Position numbers and translations under genes: made by a program | The notes under the pieces: generated by a model | Told to the model about the DNA's origin: nothing | Databases searched by the model: none | The model's input: the letters and a program-made list of their open reading frames with translations, nothing else | NCBI GenBank assembly: GCA_964649865.1 | Contig: CAZYSQ010000001.1 | Coordinates: 13,849-77,848, forward strand | Length of the DNA stretch: 64,000 bases | Source: an uncultured Acholeplasmataceae bacterium | Lineage (GTDB): Bacteria; Bacillota_I; Bacilli_A; Acholeplasmatales; UBA5453 | Direction: 5' to 3' | Shown: positions 9,159 through 18,258 of the stretch, one piece after another | Position numbering within the stretch: position 1 is the stretch's first letter | Layout of the letters: every line of letters begins with the position of its first letter

Positions 9159-9342
9159 CAGTCCGATCCCCACTAGCTCATCTCCGTGCGGACGCACACC
9201 TCGCAAGGGGAGGCATGCGGGCGACCTGCTTGCTCCCACGTCATCGGCGTTGCGCCCCCTACTCGGTTGTGGATGGACACCCATGAGAGTAAGCACTGAG
9301 TACACGCTATCAGTACTTGCTCAAGTTGCGTATAGTTGAGGC

Positions 9343-9591
9343 ATGCTGCTTTTGCAAGCACGTGAGACGCTGTCCTGCGTGGACGACGACGTGAGAGCCG
9401 ACCTCAAGGAGGCCGCGGCGGCGCTGAAGGCAGCTCCCAACAACCTCAAGGCCGCGATCATCAGAGCCGCCGGCCGAGGCGAGAACGCCAACAAAATCAC
9501 CGAAGCGATCGAGTTCGTGTACTCCCCCGACTACGTGCGCCGGATCATCCGCGAGGCCCGAGCCAAGGGCGACCTGCCGTCCAAGGAGTGA
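9343..9591 (+). CDS. small plus-strand protein inside the early arm, possible regulator
   Basis: High GC3 on the plus strand, while the antisense ORF is compositionally junk. Divergent from the initiator gene across a low-GC spacer. Confidence 0.5.
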   Translation: MLLLQARETLSCVDDDVRADLKEAAAALKAAPNNLKAAIIRAAGRGENANKITEAIEFVYSPDYVRRIIREARAKGDLPSKE

Positions 9592-9593
9592 CA

Positions 9594-10040
9594 TCACGCT
9601 GCCGCCTCTCGCCGGCCCCGCTCCTGCTGCTCCCGCCCCTTACGCGCCTGCCGCCGCTGATGCCGGTCGGCCACGCACACCTTGCACGCCCACGTCAGCC
9701 CGTCCCGGCGTGAAGCGTCCGTGTGGAACTCCCGGCGATGACGGACCTGACCGCAGGCACCGCAGTACTTCTCCACCGCATCCAGCGCGAGCTCCCCGTA
9801 CGGGATCTGGTCCTGGCCGTGGGTCCATGCGACGAGGTCCCCGAAGCTGACGTCGTCGGGGACCATGACGGCGAGCGCGATGATCAGTGCGGCGGTGCGG
9901 TCCCGGTCGCCCGCGTCGAGGACGGGTGCGAGTGCGGCGGCGACGCCGTCAGCGTCACGGTCCCGGACGGTGACGGCGATCTCGGTTGCGGTGGGGAGCA
10001 TCTCCTCGACCAGGCTGTCGAGGGCGTGCGCCGCGGTCAT
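9594..10040 (-). CDS. hypothetical protein with C-terminal Cys cluster
   Basis: ORF track, coupled to whiB. Confidence 0.5.
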   Translation of the reverse strand: MTAAHALDSLVEEMLPTATEIAVTVRDRDADGVAAALAPVLDAGDRDRTAALIIALAVMVPDDVSFGDLVAWTHGQDQIPYGELALDAVEKYCGACGQVRHRREFHTDASRRDGLTWACKVCVADRHQRRQARKGREQQERGRREAAA

Positions 10041-10357
10041 GCCGCGCCCTTTTCGCGCCTGCGGCGCATCACGTTCTTACGCGCCGCCGCCCTTTCCTCC
10101 GGGCCCATGCCGCCCCACACGCCGTGCTGGCGCGGCTCCCGGTACGCCTCCTCCAGGCAGTCGGCCATCACGGGGCAGCCGGCGCAGACCTGCTTGGCTT
10201 TCCGTTCCCGAATCGCGCGGTCGCCGGCGCGTTCACCTTCGGTGCCGAAGAACAGGGCGAGGTCTTCGCCTCGGCAGTTCGCGTTCTCCTGCCACGCCCA
10301 GTCCGAGCGGGTGAACGCGGACCGTCCGAGACGGGCGGTCTCCTGACTGACGGTCAT
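10037..10357 (-). CDS. WhiB-family transcription factor
   Basis: NANCRGED ... CAGCPVMADC ... GVWGG. Start at ATG 10357 (MTVSQE...). Confidence 0.85.
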   Translation of the reverse strand: MTVSQETARLGRSAFTRSDWAWQENANCRGEDLALFFGTEGERAGDRAIRERKAKQVCAGCPVMADCLEEAYREPRQHGVWGGMGPEERAAARKNVMRRRREKGAA

Positions 10358-11265
10358 CAGAAGTTCCCCTCTGCCACTTGGAGCACGGTGAGGCCCATGG
10401 CCCGCCACATGTCGACGACCTGCTTGCGGTCGTCGAGGACGCACGTCACGTCGTAGGAGTCGCGGACGTGCGCGTCGAACAGTTCGGCCTTCACGATCGA
10501 GTCCTTGCGGAAGTCGCCGACGTGGCGCATGAACAGCCCGTCGAAGTCGGGCAGGACGTGGGTGCGGAGCCACGTCTCGGTCGCGGCGCGGCAGCCGGCG
10601 GTGCGGCCGGACAGGAACACCACCCCGTACCCGGCTGTGGCCATGGCGCGAACCACGTCGATCACCGGCTGGTTCGGGGTGTCCTCGCGGACGCGGGTCT
10701 CATCGAACGGGGACCGGGCACACATGATGGCGGTGGTGCCGTCGATGTCGACCAGGACGGTCTTCGGGGTGCCGGGCTTGGGTTCGTACCGGCGGGCAGC
10801 GTTCGTGGCGTCTACCGGTTCCTCGGGCAGCGGCAGCGGGCCCGTACGCCCCTTGAGGAACCTGGTGTGCATGTCCCGGATCGTTTGCTCCCCCACCTGC
10901 CGGTCCCGGAGCCGGTCCCGCTCGATGCACAACTCCAGCGGAACATCGGTGAAGTCAATGGCCTCGAAGTCAGCGGCGGCCTGGCGAGCGAGGTTGGCGA
11001 GGTCGCGGACGACCCGCTGTTTCAGGTTGGTGTCGTCGCAGATGACGTCGACACCCTTGCGGAGCAGCGCGAGGATCGTGGCGTCGCGTGCGGCGATGAT
11101 CCGCTGTTCGGTGACGCCGTGGACGTACTGGCCGTCGTCGATCATCTGGCGGAGGTCGTCGCGGTTGACGCGGGCGCGGTGCGCCGGGTCCTCCGCAGTC
11201 CACGACGCGGCGAAGTAGGTCTTGCCTGAGCCCGGCAGCCCGCGAGTGACGTAGAGGGTGGTCAT
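10357..11265 (-). CDS. polynucleotide 5'-kinase / 3'-phosphatase (T4 Pnk-like)
   Basis: N-terminal P-loop GLPGSGKT and C-terminal HAD phosphatase motif VLVDIDGT. Confidence 0.88.
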   Translation of the reverse strand: MTTLYVTRGLPGSGKTYFAASWTAEDPAHRARVNRDDLRQMIDDGQYVHGVTEQRIIAARDATILALLRKGVDVICDDTNLKQRVVRDLANLARQAAADFEAIDFTDVPLELCIERDRLRDRQVGEQTIRDMHTRFLKGRTGPLPLPEEPVDATNAARRYEPKPGTPKTVLVDIDGTTAIMCARSPFDETRVREDTPNQPVIDVVRAMATAGYGVVFLSGRTAGCRAATETWLRTHVLPDFDGLFMRHVGDFRKDSIVKAELFDAHVRDSYDVTCVLDDRKQVVDMWRAMGLTVLQVAEGNF

Positions 11266-12341
11266 GCCGTGTCCTCCGTGACGTTCACCGGGCGGTTCTC
11301 ACCGGAGGGGCGCAGGGTCCGCCAGATCTTCGGGGCCGGGTCCTTGCCGTCCAGGAGCATGAACAGCCACGCTCGATGCTCTGAGCGGGAGGCTTCGGCG
11401 GCGTAGTCCTTGCGGGTCCAGCCGTCGGGCAGCGCCGCCCTGATGCGGGCGTGTCCCTTGCGGGCACCAGTGAGGATCTGGGCTGCCCTGGTGGTCAGGT
11501 CAGTGGCGACACTTAGGACCCATGGGTGGAACTCGTCCGGGAGCGGCTCGCAGATCTGCTGGACGGTCTCGCCGGCGCCGAGCCGTTCCCACACCACGCG
11601 GGCGTTCAGCCCGGTGACCAGGCGATGCAGGGCGACGTAGTCTTCCTGCTTGACCTTTACGAGGGTGGCGTCGTGGGCGAAGCAGATCACGATGCCTTCG
11701 GCGCCGGGCCGGGGCTGCGCGGCGAGGGCCTCGGCGAGCGTGCCGTAGCTGAACCTGGTGACCTTCGGGCCGGGGTAGTCGAGGACGTCCGCGGCGACCG
11801 GGACGCCGTTGCGGTGGTGGACTCCGCCGAGGAGGAAGAGGTCGTCGGCGCCGCCGTAGTCGCAGACGATCCGGTTCTCCGGGTAGATGATCTCGAAGAG
11901 CCAGGTGATGTTCTCGTCGACCTGGGCGATGCCGGCGTAGCGGTTCTGCCAGATCTTCGTGGCGTGCTGTGCCTGGTCGCTGGTGAAGCTGCCGCGGGTC
12001 GCGATCGCGTGCCCGTCCGAGGTCGGGTACAGGATGCCGAGGGACCCGTCGAGCTTGTCGGTGACCGTGACGCGGGCGGTCAGGTCGAAGGTGCCTTCGG
12101 GGTGTTCGGAGTAGTTGAAGAACTTCTGGAAGGGGCGGGCGACGACCTTGCCGGTGTCGTCGACGATGAGGCCGCGGCAGTTGAGGGTGACGCCGTTCCA
12201 GGCCCGCTCGTACTGGGCCTTCTCGGTGTAGTTCAGGATCCGCAGCGGCAGGGTGGGGTGGTGCTGTTCGCGGACGTAGCCGTCCTCCAGCGCCGTGTCG
12301 AGCGCCTGGAGGTCGAGCAGGTCCCACAGATGGATGCTCAC
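11262..12341 (-). CDS. RNA ligase (nucleotidyltransferase KxDG family)
   Basis: TDKLDGSLG adenylylation motif and a T4 Rnl-like layout. GTG 12341 forms GTGA with the upstream stop. Confidence 0.78.
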   Translation of the reverse strand: MSIHLWDLLDLQALDTALEDGYVREQHHPTLPLRILNYTEKAQYERAWNGVTLNCRGLIVDDTGKVVARPFQKFFNYSEHPEGTFDLTARVTVTDKLDGSLGILYPTSDGHAIATRGSFTSDQAQHATKIWQNRYAGIAQVDENITWLFEIIYPENRIVCDYGGADDLFLLGGVHHRNGVPVAADVLDYPGPKVTRFSYGTLAEALAAQPRPGAEGIVICFAHDATLVKVKQEDYVALHRLVTGLNARVVWERLGAGETVQQICEPLPDEFHPWVLSVATDLTTRAAQILTGARKGHARIRAALPDGWTRKDYAAEASRSEHRAWLFMLLDGKDPAPKIWRTLRPSGENRPVNVTEDTA

Positions 12342-12538
12342 GAGGGGTCTCCGTTCGTGCCGTCGTCGGCGACCTGCCATGTCTCCAGCGACCCGTCCAG
12401 CAGCCCGGCGTGGTCGGCGCAGGCGTAGTAGGTGGCGTGGGTCGGGGTCATCCCGTTCGGCTGCACCGTGAAGATCCCGCCCCGTGTGGCAGGCTTCCGG
12501 CAGAACGGGCGGACGCACTCGATGCGCGGCGTGGTCAC
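12338..12538 (-). CDS. hypothetical small protein
   Basis: ORF track, coupled. Confidence 0.45.
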   Translation of the reverse strand: MTTPRIECVRPFCRKPATRGGIFTVQPNGMTPTHATYYACADHAGLLDGSLETWQVADDGTNGDPS

Positions 12539-12795
12539 GCGGCACCGCCCGTCCGGGTGATGTGCACCCAGTCCTCTGCGACCTCATCCGGGTTGATCAG
12601 CACCGGGACGGTCCGGCCCGCCTGCCGGTACATGGCGGCGACCAGATCACCGAGCCTGCATGCGGGGACCGTGACCTTCGTGCGGCGGCGGGTGCCCGCC
12701 TCCGTCGCCGTCAGGTCCACGCCGTTGCCGCCGGCGGAGGGGGCGGCGGTCAGGTAGTTACCGTCCCGGTCGGTGAACACGTACGGGGCGGTCAC
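12535..12795 (-). CDS. hypothetical protein
   Basis: ORF track, coupled. Confidence 0.5.
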   Translation of the reverse strand: MTAPYVFTDRDGNYLTAAPSAGGNGVDLTATEAGTRRRTKVTVPACRLGDLVAAMYRQAGRTVPVLINPDEVAEDWVHITRTGGAA

Positions 12796-13223
12796 GACGC
12801 CCGCTCCTCGACCTTGAAGCGGCGCAGCATCTGCCGGGCCAGACCCTCCGGGGAAGTGTCCGTGGCCTCCTCGCTGAAGAACGCAGCAAGGTGAGCGACC
12901 TCGGCAGGGTCCGGTTCGTTCTCGGCGTCCTCAGCCATCTCAGCGAGAGCACGCGCGATGAGACGCGCCGTGGTCGCGTTGATGACCTGCCCGAACACGG
13001 CGATCATCCGGCCGTCGCGGCGGACGCTGACACCGTTCAGGGTGTGGCGGGTGCGGTCGGTGCCGTACCAGTCGAGCCGGTCCAGCACGATCGGCGGCTT
13101 CTGATCGTTGACCTCGAAGCAGTACCGGAGGATCTGCGGGCCGGCGTCGAGTGCTTCGGCCTTGGTGACGGCGGCGCCGATCACGACCATGCCGTCGTCT
13201 TCGCGGAGGGTGTGGACAGTCAT
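12792..13223 (-). CDS. hypothetical protein
   Basis: ORF track, balanced composition. Confidence 0.55.
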   Translation of the reverse strand: MTVHTLREDDGMVVIGAAVTKAEALDAGPQILRYCFEVNDQKPPIVLDRLDWYGTDRTRHTLNGVSVRRDGRMIAVFGQVINATTARLIARALAEMAEDAENEPDPAEVAHLAAFFSEEATDTSPEGLARQMLRRFKVEERAS

Positions 13224-13229
13224 GAGGGG

Positions 13230-13739
13230 TTACTCCTGGTTGAAGGGTTCTAGTTCGGTGATGATCAGGACGATGCGGCCCCTCGGCCACGGGTCGCCGA
13301 TGTACATGTGCGGGCCGTCGAGACGCGTGTAGTCGTCATCAGCGAGGACCCCGGCATCCACGAGCCCATCGATCTGAGCCTTGAACGTCGGGTACCAGTT
13401 GCCTGCGTCGCGGCGGCGTGTGTCCGGCGGCTCGTACAGGCAGGTGATCCGGGCTCGTTCGAGGCGCGGGATCTTCAGGTAGCGGGCCATCACGTGCGCG
13501 TCGGAGCGGAGCTGCTTGGTGATGCGGTTCCGTTTCGACCAGTGGATGCGGTCGTTGGCGTTCAGGAGTTCCTGGCCCGCGGGCATCTCGATGCGCCACT
13601 GCCGGTCAAGGAAGGCGGGCCGGGCAGGCGGGCGGTCACCCTCGGGGGCCGGTGCGCCTCCCGCCTGCCCGGTGCTGGTGGTCTCGCCCGCCGCGGTGAA
13701 GGCGGCACGCGGCGGGCGAGACGACTGGTGGCGGGTCAC
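13230..13739 (-). CDS. rusA: RusA-family Holliday junction resolvase
   Basis: NANDRIHWSKR ... RRRDAGNWYPTFKAQIDGLVDAGVLADDD. The N-terminal extent is uncertain. Confidence 0.78.
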   Translation of the reverse strand: MTRHQSSRPPRAAFTAAGETTSTGQAGGAPAPEGDRPPARPAFLDRQWRIEMPAGQELLNANDRIHWSKRNRITKQLRSDAHVMARYLKIPRLERARITCLYEPPDTRRRDAGNWYPTFKAQIDGLVDAGVLADDDYTRLDGPHMYIGDPWPRGRIVLIITELEPFNQE

Positions 13740-13930
13740 GGCGCGGCCACCCCACGCGAAGGCACCTCACCTGCGGCAGCATTGACGCGGTCTTCCATGT
13801 GCCGGGCCACGTCCTGGGGCGGGTACCCGCGCTCCAACATCACCGCAGCCGTGTGGTAGATGCCGCGCAGCTGCAGCAGCGCCCGCCGCAGACCGGCGTT
13901 CTCCTCCCGGAGACGCTCCAACTCGGTCAT
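13736..13930 (-). CDS. hypothetical small protein
   Basis: ORF track, coupled. Confidence 0.45.
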   Translation of the reverse strand: MTELERLREENAGLRRALLQLRGIYHTAAVMLERGYPPQDVARHMEDRVNAAAGEVPSRGVAAP

Positions 13931-14463
13931 GACGACTCCACCTCCGGGACCTCGGTCGGGGACTGCGGCACCCCGGTCGTCGGCGGCGGGTCCGGCCGGT
14001 CCGAGGCGGGCGGCGCAGTGGCCGGGCTGGTCCGCAGCGTGGGGCTCGGTGAGGTCCGGGCCGGTGACGGGCTCGTGGCTGTGGTCGCCGGGGCCGGCGA
14101 GCGCGCGGGCCTGGTTGGGGTGGGACGGGGACTGCGGCGGTCCGCCTTCGTCCGGGACGGCCGTGTCACCGGCGACGACAGCGACGGAGACGGGGGCTCC
14201 ACAGCGATCGGCTCCTCCGACACCACCGACGGCGCGGGGGCCGGGACGGTCGGGGTGTGGCCGCCGAGCGTGTATGTGGCGTACATCGCCGCCACACCCG
14301 CGACGACGATCGCCGCCACACCAGCGACGGGTAGGAGCCGGGGACGGGACGGGCGACGATGCCTCGCACCAGCGACAGGCGCGAACGCGTCCACCGCCGT
14401 GTCCCCGGCCTCGGGCCGCAGTGCGGGGATGATGTCGGTCTGCTCGTTCTCGGGGGCGGTCAC
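13927..14463 (-). CDS. single-pass membrane protein with Pro/Thr/Ser-rich tail
   Basis: TM segment LLPVAGVAAIVVAGVAAMYATY followed by low-complexity sequence. Confidence 0.5.
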   Translation of the reverse strand: MTAPENEQTDIIPALRPEAGDTAVDAFAPVAGARHRRPSRPRLLPVAGVAAIVVAGVAAMYATYTLGGHTPTVPAPAPSVVSEEPIAVEPPSPSLSSPVTRPSRTKADRRSPRPTPTRPARSPAPATTATSPSPARTSPSPTLRTSPATAPPASDRPDPPPTTGVPQSPTEVPEVESS

Positions 14464-14798
14464 GTCAGCTCCCCGCGGTCACCGATCGGGCGGAGCTGCG
14501 CGGTAGGAGCGGACGGGTCACCCTGCCGCAGCGCCCGAAGCTCGGTGTCCTTCGCGGCCAGGTCGTAGTCGCGCTGCGCGATCTGTTCCCGCAACCGCGT
14601 CACCTGCAGCCACCAGCTGGCCCCGGCGATGTACGCCACCAGCAGGCCGGCGAGGACACCGGCCGCGACCGGGGACCACCACACGACGGCAGCGGCCAGG
14701 GCCAGCAGCCCCGCGAGGAGGACCGTGTCGAGGCGGCGCGGGTGCCGGGCGGCGGCGTCCAGGGCGCGGTTCACCGGGCGAGGGATACGGATCCTCAC
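14460..14798 (-). CDS. membrane protein
   Basis: Two hydrophobic segments, coupled. Confidence 0.5.
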   Translation of the reverse strand: MRIRIPRPVNRALDAAARHPRRLDTVLLAGLLALAAAVVWWSPVAAGVLAGLLVAYIAGASWWLQVTRLREQIAQRDYDLAAKDTELRALRQGDPSAPTAQLRPIGDRGELT

Positions 14799-15184
14799 GC
14801 CGCATCACCGCCGTCCCACGAGTGGACGAGGAGCCCCAGGTCGTACGCCCACGCCGGCCCGAGCGTGACCACGTCGTGGCATCCGCGGCAGAGCGGCACC
14901 ATGTTCGCCGGGTCCGTGATGGACCCACCGCGGGCACGGGTCAGGGGCTCGTGGACGTCGTCAGCGAGGCGACCGCAGCCAGGTGCGGCGCAGCCGGGCG
15001 CGTCCTCGAACGTTGCGTGGACGACCTTGCGGCGCTCGCGGTTCTCCGCGCGGCGTCTCCTGCTGACCGGTGCCAGTGGCGTCACCTGTGCCAGACCAGT
15101 GGTGGCTTCGATCGGGGTGCGCCGCTCGAGCGGCTTGTGCGCGACTAGCGGGGTGCGCCGCGTCAACGGCTTGCCGCGCTTCAC
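14795..15184 (-). CDS. HNH endonuclease
   Basis: CAAPGCG ... HEPLTRARGG ... NMVPLCRGCH. Confidence 0.8.
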   Translation of the reverse strand: MKRGKPLTRRTPLVAHKPLERRTPIEATTGLAQVTPLAPVSRRRRAENRERRKVVHATFEDAPGCAAPGCGRLADDVHEPLTRARGGSITDPANMVPLCRGCHDVVTLGPAWAYDLGLLVHSWDGGDAA

Positions 15185-15606
15185 GAGTGCCGCCCAGCCG
15201 TGTCGTACGCCTGCCGGACGATCGAGTTGATCGACTGCAGAACCTTCACCTGCGAGTCCAGGCGCCGCGCGTAGTCCTGCGCGTTCATCCGAACGACCTT
15301 CGCGGCCTGGTGCGCCCAGTACGGGTCAGGGATCCGGGCGCACAACCACTCCTCCTGCGCCGCCTTGCTCACGCCACTGCGTGTCGGGTCCGGGCAGTCC
15401 GGGTCCAGCAGGTGCGGCTGCTTGGCGTCGGAGTACGCCTTGAGCGCCTGGATCTCCTTGTAGCGCGCCTCCCGCAGGGCACGCTGCGCGTAGTACAGCT
15501 CGTTGTGGAGCCCGCGCAGGTACCGGTCCACATCGGCGGGGGTGAGGTCGGCGTCCAGGTCGATCGGTTCGAAGTTGTCCTGCGGGCGGGTCTGCTGCTC
15601 GGTCAT
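15181..15606 (-). CDS. hypothetical protein
   Basis: ATG 15606 (MTEQQTRPQD...) forms ATGA with the upstream stop. Confidence 0.55.
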   Translation of the reverse strand: MTEQQTRPQDNFEPIDLDADLTPADVDRYLRGLHNELYYAQRALREARYKEIQALKAYSDAKQPHLLDPDCPDPTRSGVSKAAQEEWLCARIPDPYWAHQAAKVVRMNAQDYARRLDSQVKVLQSINSIVRQAYDTAGRHS

Positions 15607-16649
15607 GCCGCACCGTCCTTCTCGTTGCCGTCCGGAAGGGCGTGCCAGCACTCACGCAGGAACCCGTCAAGCTCCTCAAAGACGTCGTCGCGGGTCATGA
15701 CCATGTCCTCCGTGACCCGCTCGGCGCGGGCCATCTGAACCAGCTCACCGATCCGCTGCTTACTGAGAGCGGTCTTCGCCTCGTCGGCGATCCATTGCGC
15801 CTTGCCCTGCGCACTCAAGGGCGCCAGCCCGTTCTCGGGCGCCGACTCCTGCGGGGGCGTCGGCGCGGCTCCAGCAGTCAGCGCCCGCTGCTGCTGGCCG
15901 GGCGGAGGCGGAAGCTGCGCCGCCAACCCGCCGGCCTCCAACTGGCCGGACGTGATCTGCCGGAACGTCGCCATGACCTCCAGCACCGGCACCGGGAACT
16001 TCTTCGTCCGCCCGTTCGCGACACGCTGCCGGTGCTCGATCCGCAGCACCGCCGGGAGGAACACGCCCTGGTCACGCGCGGCCTGCATCAGTGCGGCGGC
16101 GTCACCGATCTCCACGGCGGCGTAGTAGGAGTGGGTGTCGAGCCGGAACACGCCCAGACCGGGAAGGTCCGGGAGCATCACCGAGATCCGGGTGATGGCC
16201 TTGCATGCCTGCGGGACCTTCAGCGACGCGAGGCGGGCGCGTTCCTTCGCCGCCGCCTCGACCTGCGCGAGGTCGGTGGGGTCTTCGGCGTGGGGGCACA
16301 GGCACGGCTTCCCAGAGATCTGCTCGATCTGGGAATCACAACGTCTGGAACATCCGCCCGCCGACCACATCTCGTACCACTGCGACACGACTTGGTCGCG
16401 GGGCGGGACCGTGACACCGATCGCGGATTGGTCGGTGATGACCTCGAACTCGTTGTTCCAGTCCTTCACCACGCCGCCGTACAGTTCGGCGATCGCGTCT
16501 GCGGCGACACGGGACTGGGTTGTGATGCGGAAGGTGTCGAGCCGGGCAGGGCGCATCTTGGTCGGGTCGTCGCTGCGCGGAACCTGCTGGCCAATGCGGA
16601 TCCTTCCTAGCTGCTGGCCACGGCGCTGTATGTCGAGCAAGGGACTCAT
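15603..16649 (-). CDS. conserved phage protein, possibly phiC31 gp3-type recombination directionality factor
   Basis: N-terminus MSPLLDIQRRGQQLGRIRIGQQV...RPARLDTFRITT and a Cys cluster CSRRCD...CLCPH. The family assignment is from memory only. Confidence 0.4.
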   Translation of the reverse strand: MSPLLDIQRRGQQLGRIRIGQQVPRSDDPTKMRPARLDTFRITTQSRVAADAIAELYGGVVKDWNNEFEVITDQSAIGVTVPPRDQVVSQWYEMWSAGGCSRRCDSQIEQISGKPCLCPHAEDPTDLAQVEAAAKERARLASLKVPQACKAITRISVMLPDLPGLGVFRLDTHSYYAAVEIGDAAALMQAARDQGVFLPAVLRIEHRQRVANGRTKKFPVPVLEVMATFRQITSGQLEAGGLAAQLPPPPGQQQRALTAGAAPTPPQESAPENGLAPLSAQGKAQWIADEAKTALSKQRIGELVQMARAERVTEDMVMTRDDVFEELDGFLRECWHALPDGNEKDGAA

Positions 16650-17110
16650 CGCCGACCCTCCCAAGACTTCGCCGTGTTGCAGGAAAGGCACGCAGGACGA
16701 ATATTCGCTGGGAGGTTGAGCCCACCCTTTCCGATGGGCTTCACGTGATCGATCGTGTCGGCGTCGCCTCCGCATACCCAGCAATGACCGCCGAAGTAGG
16801 CGATCCGAGCCTCTAGCGCTTCGGCGGTTAGGACGCCCAGCACACCTAGCTGGTCAGCTCTCCGGTTGTGGAATGCAGCGATCCGGGCTAGGCGATTGCG
16901 CTGGTAGTAATCGCGAGCAATGACACGGAGACGCTCAGGGTCACGAGCCGCGTTGTTGGCCTTCAGCCTCTCTGGGTTGTTTCGATTCCACTCCCGTGTG
17001 GCCGCCTTAAGCCGTTCAGCATTGGCCCGGTAGTACGCCGCGTTGTAATGGCGGGAGCAAAGGCCCTTCGCTTTGACGGAGCGATCGCATTTGGAGCATG
17101 TGGGGGGCAT
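16646..17110 (-). CDS. HNH endonuclease (homing-type)
   Basis: CWVCGGDADTIDHVKPIGKGG...NIRPACLSCN. Visibly lower GC3 than its neighbours. Confidence 0.85.
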   Translation of the reverse strand: MPPTCSKCDRSVKAKGLCSRHYNAAYYRANAERLKAATREWNRNNPERLKANNAARDPERLRVIARDYYQRNRLARIAAFHNRRADQLGVLGVLTAEALEARIAYFGGHCWVCGGDADTIDHVKPIGKGGLNLPANIRPACLSCNTAKSWEGRR

Positions 17111-17112
17111 GG

Positions 17113-18258
17113 TCAGGCCACCTTGTCTTCGTGCTGAGGGGTTTCGTCTGCGAGGTGGAGGCCGTGGTCGGCGAGCATCCGGCGGGTCATGTCGGCGGAC
17201 TTGACGCCGATGTTCCGCACCGCCAGCAGGTCCTCGGCGGTGAGTGCGGCAACGTCGTCCAGGTCGGTGAGGCCGGCCTTCGCCAGCGCCGAGAGGGCAC
17301 GGCCGTAGCCTTCGCCGTCCAGGTCAGCTAGCAGCGGCGCCGGGATGGTGCCGTCCGGGCGGGGCGGACGCGCGACCTTGCCGGGCTTGGGGCCGACTTC
17401 GGATCGGCCTCCGACCAGTTCCACGGCGCGGCGGAACCTGTTCCATGCGTGGGCGTCGTCCACTGGGGCGATCGGGATGAGGCGGTACCCGTTGACGTGG
17501 TCGGGGCGAAGGTGCAGGATCGCGCCAGCGTCGGTCTCCGGCATCGGCACGACCTGCCCCATCGGCATCAGCGCCTCTCGCATCCGCCGGTAGGTGGCCA
17601 GCTGCTCGGGGATGGTGGCGTCGAGGTACTTGCCGGTCTTGGTGTCGACGCAGAGCCGCAGCACGTTGCCGGGCTTCGCGACGATCCGGCCGTCCGGGGT
17701 GAGCGCCACCCCGCCCAGGTGGACGATCATGTCGAGGGTTCCGGCGACGCCGAGGACCAGGTTGAACACGGTCATCTCGGACGCCTCGAACGCCGGGTTC
17801 CAGTCCGTGACGAACGCGATGAACCCGTCGACCATGAACTCGACGACCTCGTCCAGCGGGGCGTCGTCGTACCGGGCGCCTTCCAGATGCTCGGGCAGGG
17901 TCGGTAGGACGATGTCGGAGCCGGTGCGGTCGGGGGACGCGGCCCACAGGATGAGGGCTTCCTGAACGTCGTGGACGTAGGTGCCCGCGTCCCGCTTGCG
18001 GGAACGGAGCCGGTCCGCTTCGTCCTTCACCAGGGTCACGGCGTCGTCGCGGCGGTCGGTCTTGACGAGGTCAGCGATCGTGTCGAGGTTGTCGACGGCG
18101 TATTCGGCGGCGAGGCCTGCGGCCCAGCCGGTGAGCCACGGCTTCCCTGTCGTCGCTCCCAGCACGGTCGTGACGGAGACGAGCTGATCACCGGTGACGG
18201 GGTGGGTGTAGTGCCGGGACCCGTCGCCGTTGGTGCGGGCGGTGGCGGGGGCGGTCAC
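17113..18258 (-). CDS. PD-(D/E)XK RecB/Cas4-type exonuclease
   Basis: GTLDMIV ... CVDTKTGK ... QLATYRRM (D, D/ExK and QxxxY motifs). Confidence 0.68.
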   Translation of the reverse strand: MTAPATARTNGDGSRHYTHPVTGDQLVSVTTVLGATTGKPWLTGWAAGLAAEYAVDNLDTIADLVKTDRRDDAVTLVKDEADRLRSRKRDAGTYVHDVQEALILWAASPDRTGSDIVLPTLPEHLEGARYDDAPLDEVVEFMVDGFIAFVTDWNPAFEASEMTVFNLVLGVAGTLDMIVHLGGVALTPDGRIVAKPGNVLRLCVDTKTGKYLDATIPEQLATYRRMREALMPMGQVVPMPETDAGAILHLRPDHVNGYRLIPIAPVDDAHAWNRFRRAVELVGGRSEVGPKPGKVARPPRPDGTIPAPLLADLDGEGYGRALSALAKAGLTDLDDVAALTAEDLLAVRNIGVKSADMTRRMLADHGLHLADETPQHEDKVA

